Source of the DNA: Chlamydiota bacterium
GTDB taxonomy: Bacteria > Chlamydiota > Chlamydiia > Chlamydiales > JABDDJ01
Reading direction: 5' to 3'
Length of the DNA stretch: 64,000 nt
NCBI GenBank assembly: GCA_013287645.1
Contig: JABDDJ010000006.1
Span: forward strand, 1,441 to 65,440
Below the pieces are notes generated by a model that saw only the letters and a list, made by a program, of their open reading frames with translations, was not told the DNA's origin and ran no database searches. Below, piece after piece: positions 1 to 9,900 of this stretch. A program made the translations under genes and the position numbers. Each line of letters starts with the position of its first letter. Positions within the stretch are counted from its first letter, which is position 1.

Positions 1-72
1 AGAGGGACTAAAAAAGCATGAAAAAGAATTCATTTTAGTGTATGATGTACTTGTTTAATTATAGAAAAATTC

Positions 73-519
73 ATGCTAAATAGTTTTGATTTTAAAAATT
101 CTGATATTAGCGATAGGATGATTGATGAAAATGAATATGCTTTTGCATTTCTTACTAAGATACCTATTGTTCCAGGACACATACTCATTTGTCCAAAACG
201 TTCGATTACCTTTAGTCATGAACTTCTTGATGAAGAATTAAGGCATATTTTCTTGTTGAAAACGAAGGTCTGTAAGATTTTGCAGCAAGCTCTAAAAATA
301 GAAGGCTTTAATTTCGCTTGGAATGAAGGTATTGTTGCAGGACAAACAGTCCCGCATTTACATTTGCACATCGTTCCAAGAAAAAAAGGAGATGCTGGTA
401 TAACAGAATATGAACCACGCGTTTTTCTTTATCGTCCAGGAAGTAGAGCTGATTCTCAACATGAGGAATTAACCTCATTTGCAAAAGAATTAAGGGGATT
501 TCTTGAGTATCATGGATGA
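73..519 (+). CDS. HIT-family nucleotide hydrolase/transferase
   Basis: 148-aa ORF with the histidine-triad signature HLHLHIVPR (HxHxHxx) and the upstream IPIVPGHILICPK segment typical of HIT/Hint proteins. Confidence 0.85.
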   Translation: MLNSFDFKNSDISDRMIDENEYAFAFLTKIPIVPGHILICPKRSITFSHELLDEELRHIFLLKTKVCKILQQALKIEGFNFAWNEGIVAGQTVPHLHLHIVPRKKGDAGITEYEPRVFLYRPGSRADSQHEELTSFAKELRGFLEYHG

Positions 520-1153
520 GTATCTTGACACTGAACAACTATTAACTATTCAGAATGAGATTTACAAAAAAATTCAACTTAACGAAGACAAACTACGGTT
601 CATTAAAGACAAATCAAGTTCTCTTATTGAGAAATGGCAAGAATTACTCCAGGTCATTTTACCTATTCAGATGGATGTAATCAAAGCTTATAACCTTGGA
701 GACAATCAATCTGGACTGTCAAAATTTAATGCAGAATATACTCGCTGTTCACCTGAATCTGTTGCTTTATCTGAGCTGAATAAAGAGAAATGGCTATTTA
801 TATTTGACAAAACGTTCGGTGGTATTGAATTCAAAGAGATTTCTCTGCAAGAAGCGCAGAAATTAATAGAGGAAATAGCTCAAGAAATGACTTCTGAAAC
901 CTTTTTAACACAAATTGACCGTGTAATAATATCTCTCAAGCCTGAGGCATCTCTGATCGAGAAAAGACGAGCTGTTTTGACTATCCTTATTCCTTTACAT
1001 ATTTCCGTTATGGGAAGACATGGATTTAATGGTGAAGTGGGCTATATACAAGCTCAAAGAGCCATTATGGATTATTATCATGATCCACAGATTGCTCAAA
1101 GAGCAGCTCATGCTCAATCGGTCGTCTTTAGACGAGCTCAACTAATTCAATAA
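503..1153 (+). CDS. hypothetical protein
   Basis: 216-aa ORF overlapping the HIT gene end by 17 nt (operon-like). No motif recognised. Confidence 0.5.
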   Translation: MSIMDEYLDTEQLLTIQNEIYKKIQLNEDKLRFIKDKSSSLIEKWQELLQVILPIQMDVIKAYNLGDNQSGLSKFNAEYTRCSPESVALSELNKEKWLFIFDKTFGGIEFKEISLQEAQKLIEEIAQEMTSETFLTQIDRVIISLKPEASLIEKRRAVLTILIPLHISVMGRHGFNGEVGYIQAQRAIMDYYHDPQIAQRAAHAQSVVFRRAQLIQ

Positions 1154-1237
1154 CGAGCTTTTTAAAAATCTTCTACACTATCGTCAGCTATAGATGAAAG
1201 GGGCCGTGCCTGTATAAGGCATAACTTTACCTAACAA

Positions 1238-2437
1238 TCATTCTTCAAATGTCGGATATTTGCCGTCCCAACAAATTGCTCGATAATTTTCTGGATCAGT
1301 GTCCCCTTCAGTGCTAATCAAAAGGATGCGTGAGGTGGTGTTCAATTCCAGAGCCTTTTTGAGATCTTTTAACAGAGGATTTTTACACACTTCAACCAGA
1401 AATCCCAAAGGAACTGCTCCGGATTCCCCAGAAATAATTCTTGGATCTTTATCTAAAGGATTTCCAAGAATACGCATTCCTTTGGCTGCTACATGATCAG
1501 GACACGTCACAAAGCAATCCACAATATTTTTCAAAATATTCCAAGCAATTGGGTTGGGATCTCTACAAGCTAACCCTGCCATCATAGTCGAGAGATCTCC
1601 AGAAGCATTTTTAACTGTTCCATCTGCGGAGCATCCTGACTGAAAGAAACAATCTGCTTTGGTAGGTTCCACGACAATAAAAATGATCGATGTACTCACC
1701 AGCTGTTTTAACCCTTCAACGATCGTCCCAGCAAATGAACCTACTCCTGCTTGTAAGATAACATGGGTAGGCTGTTCTTTTTCGATGATTTTCAACTGTT
1801 TGAGGCATTCGCCAAGAATAGTTAAGTAACCTTGCATTATCAGTTTAGGAGTATCCACGTAACCGTCCCAAGCCGTATCTTGAATGAGAATCCAATTGCG
1901 TTCTTGGGCTAACCGAGAGACATATTGAACTGTATCATCATAGTTGAGAGTCGTGATCTCCGCTTGAGCACCCAATGCCCTGAGATTATCTAATTTACGC
2001 AGACAGGATCCTTTAGGCATAAAGACGACAGACTGTTGACCAAACTGTTTCACTGTCCACGCTAAACCCAATCCATGATTTCCTGCTGTAGCCGTCGCAA
2101 AAACTCGAGAGGGTAGTGTTTTGATTTTTTCTTTTATAGTGCTAAAAGAATTCAATTCTTTCGTGTATTCCTCATCTAAGTAATTGGCGATTGCGTATGA
2201 ACTACCCAGAATTTTAAAGGAATTTAAACCGAATCGATACGATTCATCTTTAACAAAAATTTCACCTAATCCTAAATAATTTGCGAGAGATTCTAATGAA
2301 GCAAGAGGAGTGGGAGCGTAATCCGGCAGTGTCCGATGAAATTTCATGGCCCTCTCCATCTCCCTAAAGTTGGCGATAGCAGCAGTTTGAGGATGAAGAT
2401 TTTTATGTGGATTTCTTTGCCACTGTATCTTTTCCAT
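1238..2437 (-). CDS. dpaL: diaminopropionate ammonia-lyase (fold-type II PLP enzyme, YgeX/DpaL-like)
   Basis: 399 aa. Carries the PLP-lysine block FGLNSFKILGSSYA plus TATAGNHG, DPRIISGESGAV and ISTEGDTD blocks that I recognise from E. coli YgeX. It is paired with an M20 peptidase, as ygeX-ygeY are. Confidence 0.85.
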   Translation of the reverse strand: MEKIQWQRNPHKNLHPQTAAIANFREMERAMKFHRTLPDYAPTPLASLESLANYLGLGEIFVKDESYRFGLNSFKILGSSYAIANYLDEEYTKELNSFSTIKEKIKTLPSRVFATATAGNHGLGLAWTVKQFGQQSVVFMPKGSCLRKLDNLRALGAQAEITTLNYDDTVQYVSRLAQERNWILIQDTAWDGYVDTPKLIMQGYLTILGECLKQLKIIEKEQPTHVILQAGVGSFAGTIVEGLKQLVSTSIIFIVVEPTKADCFFQSGCSADGTVKNASGDLSTMMAGLACRDPNPIAWNILKNIVDCFVTCPDHVAAKGMRILGNPLDKDPRIISGESGAVPLGFLVEVCKNPLLKDLKKALELNTTSRILLISTEGDTDPENYRAICWDGKYPTFEE

Positions 2438-2477
2438 CTTAGCTCTCCTTAAAATTTGATTGTTTTGATAAAGTGAT

Positions 2478-2500
2478 ATGTGATATATTACATATCACAT
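2478..2500. promoter_or_regulatory. candidate GntR-family operator (inverted repeat)
   Basis: ATGTGATAT-N5-ATATCACAT, a 9-bp perfect inverted repeat centred in the 106-bp divergent dpaL/GntR intergenic region. GT..AC palindromes are typical GntR operators. Confidence 0.4.
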
Positions 2501-2543
2501 AGCTTAGAGATTCTTATTTTTTCTGTCAAGAAAGGGCCAACTT

Positions 2544-3194
2544 ATGAAGCATCAAGACAAACTGCAACGGACTTTTGTGCGAGAGGAAGCCTACCTTATA
2601 TTGCGCGATCAAATTGTGGAAGGAAGGCTTGAGCCAGGTCGAAAATTGCGCGACAAGGAATTAGCGGAGCAGCTCGGTGTCAGTCGAACGCCCATTCGGG
2701 AAGCATTATTGCGGCTGGAGGAGGAGGGGTTGGTGCAGACAAAACCGAATTGTTCCACTCTTGTGTGTCCGATCGACTTTCACAACATTTTAAACTTGTA
2801 TTCCATTGCTTGGTCCCTGGAAAATTTAGCTTTGAGACAAGCTTTTGAGCGCATCACAAGTAAGACTATAGATCTTATGACAAAAGTCAATGAAAGATTA
2901 TTGCAGGCTTTAAAATCCAATGATTCGACAGCAGCTGTGCAAGCCGATAATGATTTCCATTCCATTTACATTCAGCTTTCACAAAACGAAGAGCTATGCC
3001 GGATTCTTTCGAGTATCAAGCAAAAACTCAAGCGTTTAGAGCTTTATTATTTTGCACAAGTTAAGGATGCTCATCGTTCTTATGAAGAACATTTACAAAT
3101 TATCAAAGCCTTAAAAAAGAAGGACCTGTCGCTTGCACTTAAGGCTGTTGAGTCTAACTGGCAGGCTAGTCTTTCACGCATTCAATCTCAATAA
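2544..3194 (+). CDS. GntR-family transcriptional regulator (FadR/FCD subfamily)
   Basis: 216 aa. N-terminal winged helix-turn-helix LAEQLGVSRTPIREALLRLEEEGLV, followed by an all-helical C-terminal ligand domain. Confidence 0.85.
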   Translation: MKHQDKLQRTFVREEAYLILRDQIVEGRLEPGRKLRDKELAEQLGVSRTPIREALLRLEEEGLVQTKPNCSTLVCPIDFHNILNLYSIAWSLENLALRQAFERITSKTIDLMTKVNERLLQALKSNDSTAAVQADNDFHSIYIQLSQNEELCRILSSIKQKLKRLELYYFAQVKDAHRSYEEHLQIIKALKKKDLSLALKAVESNWQASLSRIQSQ

Positions 3195-3208
3195 ATTCTC
3201 GAGGAACC

Positions 3209-4357
3209 ATGTCATCTTTAGAAAAATCAAAAATTGAGAAACTATTATGTCAGCTCATTCGCATTCCCTCTATCAATCCAAATTTGTCTGTTGGAAAAGA
3301 AACGAACGAAATGGCTTTGGCTATTTTTGTTCGTGATTGGTTGACTGATCATAAAATTAATGCACATATCGAAGAAGTGCAGTCAGGTAGGCCCAATGTT
3401 TACGCTGAAATTGGAAAGGGAAATGGAGCAACTTTATGTTTGTGTGCTCATTTGGACACGGTAGGCATTGAAGAAATGACAATTTCACCGTTTGAACCCA
3501 CTATTGAAGGAAATCGAGTCTACGGTCGAGGCAGTTGCGATATGAAAGGTGGGCTTGCTGCGGTGCTAAGCACGGTCGTTGCCCTAGCTGAAAAAGAAGT
3601 GCATGGAAAACTGATACTAGCTCTTGTTTGTGATGAAGAGTACGCGAGTATTGGAGCAGATGACTTTGTGAAAAGACATCGTGCAGATGCCTGTATTTTG
3701 ACTGAACCAAGCAGTTTGAATATGGTCATTGCACACAAGGGATTTTTATGGGGAAAAGTTGAGGTATTAGGTAGAAGTGCACATGGCAGTCGCTGGGACA
3801 TTGGTGAAAGTGCTATTTCCAAAATGGGCAGCATTCTCGTTGGATTAGATGACTTGGAGAATAACGTCTTAAGAAAAAGAACAGAGGAGTTAGTTGGACC
3901 AGCCTCGATGCATGTAAGTCTGATTAGCGGAGGTACTGGAATTTCCACTTACGCATCCACGTGCACAATTCATTTGGAAAGAAGAACTCTTCCTTCAGAA
4001 AACAGAGCTGAAGTGCAGTTGGAAATAGAAAAAGTGATTCGTAAAGCTTGTCCAGAGGCAGATATCGATTGGTATTTTTATCGACCTCCTTTTTACTGCG
4101 ATCCGAATGAGAAGATCGCGCAACATGTGAAACAAGCTTTTCAAACAATTGTGGGTCATGAAGTGAAGTTAGTTGGATGGGGAGTCTGGACGGATGCTGC
4201 GATTTTTCAGCAAGCTGGCATTCCCACTGTGAACCTAGGCCCCTTAGGATTTGGTCTACATGAACCTATAGAATGGGTAGATTTAGATTCTGTTGTGCAA
4301 ACTGCGACTATTTTATTCCATGCTGCTAACTCATTTTTACTCTCTAACAATGCATAG
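3209..4357 (+). CDS. M20-family metallopeptidase / deacylase (ArgE/DapE/YgeY-like)
   Basis: 382 aa with the M20 motifs CAHLDTV, GRGSCDMKGG and CDEEY. Confidence 0.85.
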   Translation: MSSLEKSKIEKLLCQLIRIPSINPNLSVGKETNEMALAIFVRDWLTDHKINAHIEEVQSGRPNVYAEIGKGNGATLCLCAHLDTVGIEEMTISPFEPTIEGNRVYGRGSCDMKGGLAAVLSTVVALAEKEVHGKLILALVCDEEYASIGADDFVKRHRADACILTEPSSLNMVIAHKGFLWGKVEVLGRSAHGSRWDIGESAISKMGSILVGLDDLENNVLRKRTEELVGPASMHVSLISGGTGISTYASTCTIHLERRTLPSENRAEVQLEIEKVIRKACPEADIDWYFYRPPFYCDPNEKIAQHVKQAFQTIVGHEVKLVGWGVWTDAAIFQQAGIPTVNLGPLGFGLHEPIEWVDLDSVVQTATILFHAANSFLLSNNA

Positions 4358-4363
4358 CCCCTT

Positions 4364-4553
4364 TCATGAGATCTTCCTTTCGTGATTGATTAACCATTTT
4401 TTGCGTGTGAGACCACCACCATAGCCGCCTAGCTCACCATTTGTATTAATGACCCGATGACATGGAATGATAATAGCGAACTGGTTGGCACCATTTGCTA
4501 ATGCTACAGCACGAAAAGCTGAGGGTTTTCCAATTGCTATAGCTATTTCGGCA
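4364..4553 (-). pseudogene. 3'-terminal relic of an ada/ogt-type methyltransferase gene
   Basis: 192 bp (4362-4553) match 18202-18393 with 5 mismatches and no indels. The relic encodes AEIAIAIGKPSAFRAVALANGANQFAIIIPCHRVINTNGELGGYGGGLTRKKWLINHERKIS*. There is no in-frame ATG; an upstream in-frame TAG closes the frame. Confidence 0.8.
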
Positions 4554-4618
4554 GGAAAAACTAAACATAGATAAAGGATTAGCTTACCGTTCTAATGAAA
4601 AAAATAGAGCAGTCATTA

Positions 4619-6439
4619 CTATTGAGTTAAAAGAGATAAATAGTATTTTTCGTATTTTTCTTTAGCGTCAGCTGTCAATGTAATTACTTCTTGAATCGAA
4701 GCCTTGTCTTTATGCTCAGCTTGTCCTGGCTTATGAGCTACTACCATCATTGCTATATCGTTAAAGGTAAAAAAGATGCGAATGCAATGACTTTTTTGTT
4801 GAGACACGATTACATTTTTAAGCACGATTTCGTTTTCGCCATTGGACGGTTCCTTAAAAATTTTTGAGTCCTGTGAATAAGGAAACACACATTCCTCTAT
4901 TAAAAACGTCTTATCGTAGTATTGAAATTGAGCCTGCCAAAAAGCACTGGGCAAATCAATGTAGTGCATGGCTTTTAATTTTTTAAAGTAATGGATGGCG
5001 TTGTCAGGTTTAATGGAAATGATGCGGAGTTGATTTACTTGGTCAAGCACAATTGTAGGTTCGATAGAACTACTTTCTACTAATATGGTACTTATTCCTT
5101 TGATCGAAATAGATTCAGATTCCTTGTCTACAGTAGCAACTAAACGGTCATCGATTTTAATCACATCTGCTGATTGCAACGGAAAAAACTCATTAGTTCC
5201 TGGCAGGCAAAGCAGAGGAATGTTAGCGATAATGGGGTGTGTTATGAACGTCATGATTTCTTGTAGGCGATCGATAGATGCAATAGAGAAGTCAATTGCT
5301 GCAAGGCCTTTAAAAAATTTCTCCCATTGATATACAGGGCTCAAAGGCAGTTGCCAGCAATTTTTTGTCGAATCATAAGTTAAATCAACGGTCGATAAAA
5401 ATTTTTTCTGGTCCGACGGCAGCAAATTAGTCCATTTACAGTAACTTGTACAATCGGTCAACGTATCGCAAGTGATTGCAAAACTGTAAGTCTTTTTTTG
5501 TTCATCATTGAAAAGAAGAGAGATATGATTGCCTCCTGCATAGCAGCTTGAGTAATGAAACAGATTAGTTTTTACCTTAGACTGAAAAAAATCCAGGACC
5601 TCTTTAAATTCTTTTACGTCCAAGTCTGCTATAATAGGCTTACCTATCCACGATATTGTCTGATTGCGATTCGATTCCTTGTATTTTGATCCACCATGAC
5701 CTGCGAGAATGATATTCCATGAGTATGGCATTTCTACATCAGGCAAATCATCATACGTGAGAAAAAAATCAGGCAAAGCGTTCACAATTGTTGCGTGATT
5801 GCATGAATCAAAATAAATAGAAGGAGAGTCTTCAGGATACGGGACTTTTTCAAGAGAATCAGTCTTAAAACCTATTTGCGCATTCTGATCACTATATTTC
5901 TTTGGAATAAATAAATAAAAACCGTTCTTATTACTATAGAGGTCCCAATCTTGAGCATTAAAATCAGTATAATAATTGAGTAAGAGCTGAAAACTTTCAT
6001 CTGTTACATTGTGTTTATCAATGTAAAACTCCTTATTGATAGTGTGAACCACTAATTTTTTATTTTGGCAGACATCATTGCTGAGTGCATTGTAGTGCTT
6101 ACTCCAATATTCAATCTTTTCATTGATCGCGCAGTAAAGATCATACGTTTTATGATGAGGCGAATCTTTTTCTTGCAATTTCTGCTCAAAATTTGTTCGA
6201 CGCTCAATAAAAGAATTCCAAAGACTTATATTTAATAAAATTGGAGTTGTTTGTTCAGCAATTGCTGATTGGAGCCTGGTTATCAAAAACCAACTCTCGG
6301 TACGCCCCACATTTTCCGAATTATCGTGATCAAGAAGAATGATGCAATTGCACTTAAGGTTTTCTGCGGCATTAATGCTAGTTGATAGTATCAATAACAG
6401 CAGCAAAAGCAGAATCTTGATTTTGTTTTTAATGCTCAT
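4619..6439 (-). CDS. secreted hypothetical protein with a caspase-like (clan CD) His/Cys dyad candidate
   Basis: 606 aa. Signal peptide MSIKNKIKILLLLLLLILSTSINA. ILAGHGGS and HYSSCYAGGNH lie 51 residues apart, resembling the His-Gly ... Cys dyad of the caspase/legumain/CHAT fold. The function call is low confidence. Confidence 0.6.
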   Translation of the reverse strand: MSIKNKIKILLLLLLLILSTSINAAENLKCNCIILLDHDNSENVGRTESWFLITRLQSAIAEQTTPILLNISLWNSFIERRTNFEQKLQEKDSPHHKTYDLYCAINEKIEYWSKHYNALSNDVCQNKKLVVHTINKEFYIDKHNVTDESFQLLLNYYTDFNAQDWDLYSNKNGFYLFIPKKYSDQNAQIGFKTDSLEKVPYPEDSPSIYFDSCNHATIVNALPDFFLTYDDLPDVEMPYSWNIILAGHGGSKYKESNRNQTISWIGKPIIADLDVKEFKEVLDFFQSKVKTNLFHYSSCYAGGNHISLLFNDEQKKTYSFAITCDTLTDCTSYCKWTNLLPSDQKKFLSTVDLTYDSTKNCWQLPLSPVYQWEKFFKGLAAIDFSIASIDRLQEIMTFITHPIIANIPLLCLPGTNEFFPLQSADVIKIDDRLVATVDKESESISIKGISTILVESSSIEPTIVLDQVNQLRIISIKPDNAIHYFKKLKAMHYIDLPSAFWQAQFQYYDKTFLIEECVFPYSQDSKIFKEPSNGENEIVLKNVIVSQQKSHCIRIFFTFNDIAMMVVAHKPGQAEHKDKASIQEVITLTADAKEKYEKYYLSLLTQ

Positions 6440-6940
6440 TCCTGTGCTTGCGAAAATTGTCTGTTATAGGGGGTTCAGTGTATAGCCTTTAATAATGTAA
6501 CGTCAAGTTTGATTTTTTTTCAGCTTTTCTCATACCGTTTGATAAATCATTACGCCAGAAAAAGGATTTCCAATGTCAGGTGCAATTCCTTCAATGCTAA
6601 CTATCAATAATATGGCTAATAACCTGAGTTTTCCTGCCCACAATAGTACTTCCACCCCTAGTTATATGTTGCCAACGGGAGAAACAGATAAGCGACGTCT
6701 TGATGCCAAGGGTCTATTTTTTGTTTTCGTTTAGGCATTTTGGATTTTTCCCATTAGGACCAAATTACAGGAACTGCACCGAAGCGTTCTTGACGATAGT
6801 TTTTTTCAAATTCGCATTCACTTCTCATATTGTATTCTAATTGAAATCAAATTCAACATGAAGATTCTTTTCCATCGATCCATACATTTTATGAAGAGTA
6901 ACAGCTCGAAATAGATCGCTTGGCTGATTGAAAAGAGATT

Positions 6941-9900
6941 TTAACTCATGCGGAATGACTTAGAAGAGGCCAAACTAAGTTGAATCGCCTTAGCTATTGT
7001 AGAAATATGTTGATGTTCAAACATTTCATGATGCGCCATAGGTATTTTGCTAATCGATAGATTTGGTAAAAAATCCCACCCATTATCAGGCATAACACTA
7101 TCCCCTGCTCGAACTAAATGGACCATTCCATCGTAGTAACTAGATTGATGATTCTTTAGAAGTTTATAATTATGTTGCGACTCGGCTTGAAGATCCTCAG
7201 AGTATATAAGAACAGGAAGATCTGTAACGGGTGCGTCAGGAGCATAACTATCTAACATAATGACACGGTCTATTAATTCACCCGTTTCCTTTAAAATTTT
7301 TGCCACCTCTAAAGCCACAATTCCTCCAAAGGACCACCCTCCAATAATGCAAGGAGTTTTAGATTGAATTTTCCTAATTTCTTGAGAGTAATATATCGCC
7401 ATTTCAGATAACGAGGAAAATGAAGTGGTTTTTTGTGTTATAAAAGGATTTTGTATTCCATAAATAGGATGGTCTGGCAAGCACTCTGCTAATGGTCGAT
7501 AACATTCTGCTAAACCTACTGAAGGATGGATCATGAATATCGGAAAGCGATTTCCCGTTGTCTGAATAGGGATAACAGTTTGCCTTTTAGGATTAGCTTG
7601 ATGGGATTCCATGAATTGCGCCAATTCAGAAATAGTTGAATGTTCCTGAAGTTCAGACATTGTTACTTCTATCCCCCATGCTTTTTCAATTTCAATAATT
7701 AGTTGCACGGACTGCAGAGAATCACCTCCCATTTGAAAAAAATCATTAGTTCTATCTTTAGGACATTCTCCAAGTAATTTTTCCCAGATTTCTTGCAACT
7801 TAGTTTCCGTAATGTTCAAACTAATCGAACAGTTTTTATGATCCCTTGTTTTTATTGAATGTAAACTTTTCCGATCTAGCTTTCCATTTGATAATCTCGG
7901 AAGTTTTTCTAGATGAATGTATTGCGTTGGAACCATGTATGAAGGTAACTGTTTTCTAAGAAAGTGCCTTATTATTTTCCAATTATCGACACTTCCCGCA
8001 TAGTAACAGGCAAGCGCTGATCTGTTATTATTGACACTAACATAACCAACAGCCGCTTCAGGAATATTGGGAGCAGACATGATTTTGCTTTCGACCAAAT
8101 GAATATCAACCCGAGATCCATTAACTTTAACAAAATCATTTTTCCTACCAACATACTCAAGCATGCCATCAGGTAAAACCCGAACAAAATCCCCTGTTCT
8201 ATATTGACAATTAGAAAAACTTTCCCCGCGAATATAACCTCTAGCAACTCCAATGCCTTTCAGATGCAATTCTCCAATTCCACCTTCTTGAACAGGATTT
8301 CCTTGATCATCAATAACCGAGCATTCAATCCCGGAAATGGGCCGGCCAATAATTCTTGCCGATTGATTGGTGTTGAATGCATGCAAATGTGTAAATATAG
8401 TGCATTCAGTGGGACCATACCCATTTAAAAGAAGCTTAACCTGTTTGCTCCAATATTCTATGAGACTTTGTGGTGTGGCTTCTCCTCCAATTAGCAGAAA
8501 TTTCAGATGATCTAAAGGAACTTTGGGAAGTAAATTAAGAACACCGGGAGTAAACTGTGCATGAGAAACCTGCATTACATTCATAAAGTTCCATAGACGA
8601 TTTATTCCGCCTTTGTATGGACATAATGTGGCGCCATTTGCAAGAGAAAATGCCCATTCAGATATGTGCATATCAAATGCTGGAGATATATGACTTAGCA
8701 TTTTTGTAGTAGAGGAGATATGGAACATCTGCTTGGCATGTATAGCTCTATGGCTGATTCCTTCATGTTCAATAATGACTCCTTTTGGCCTTCCTGTACT
8801 TCCTGAAGTATAAATTACATATGCGATATCATTAGGTGAAATTCTTACCTCTGGATTTGTACTTGGCAAGCTGTCAAGCTTGTCGAAAGTAATATGATCA
8901 ATGATCAAGAACGGTTTTACGTCTTCAATAATACTTTTACGATGTTCTATAGGGTCTCTGGAATCTAGAGGAATGAAATATCCCCCAGTTTTCAATACTG
9001 CTAGAGTGGCTATTATTTGACTAACAGGATTTTCGAAGCAGACTACAGAGCCCTTTCCGGGACTCATACCTTTTCGAATAAAGTAATGAGCTAGTTGATT
9101 CACTTTCTCGTTGAGAGCCCGATAGGTCAATGATAGGTTTTCATTCTCTATGGCAATCAAGTTGGGATCAATACCTTCTATCATCTCTACTAGGGTTGGT
9201 TGTTCACCTAGCGCGAAGTTTGATTCTGTCTGATTGAGCGAAGAGCCTAGATCCTTAATCAGCAATTCAGGTTGAACCAGTATTTTTTCCAAGATATCCA
9301 TAAATTTATTTGCTAACGTGTTAATACGCCAGCTTTCATAGATGCCTGAAGCATACTGTATGGATATACGGTATCTATTTTCCTCTTCTTCAATGACAAA
9401 ACTTAGATCAAATTCAGTAAAAGGAGAGGGTTTTTCTAAGCGTTGAACTTCAGTGCCGTTTATTTGTGGTGTTTGATCAATGCGACGGTTCCAACTAAAA
9501 ATAACATTCAAATGAATACGTGTTCCCAATGCTTCTTGAATTTGAAAAAATGGAGTCAATCGATGATAAAACATTTCTGCTAATTTTTCTTTGCACACTT
9601 TCAAAAGGTGTGTAAACCTGCTTTCGTTTTGAAATGAAAATTTCATAGGAAGCAGATTAACAAAAAGCCCGAAAGTTTTTTCAGCTTTTCTTGTGGAGAA
9701 AGGAATTCCGATAAGGAATCTATCCTCTTGAGAAAACAACTTATACGAAAGTGAAAACACCGAGAGAAGCAATGCAAAAGGAGTTGTCTCAAATTTTTTG
9801 CTTAAGTCTTGTATTTTTTCTCTTATATGGGGAGAAATAGGGATGCTATAATGCCCCGCATCACGATTTGGAGTTAGAGAGGGGGTGGTTTGCGGGAGTT

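Noticed and set aside
3520-3948. A 142-aa antisense ORF within the M20 peptidase gene. Similar antisense ORFs occur inside dpaL, the NRPS, the porin-like gene and recB.
   Set aside because: They are nested in genes with strong motif support and have no motifs of their own.
6573-6734. A 53-codon ORF (MSGAIPSMLTINNMANNLSF...GETDKRRLDAKG...) in the 0.5-kb gap between the 606-aa gene and the NRPS. It could be the N-terminal remnant of a methyltransferase-type gene.
   Set aside because: It is too short and lacks any diagnostic motif. The gap may simply hold decayed sequence or a promoter. I note it only as a place to look for pseudogene relics.
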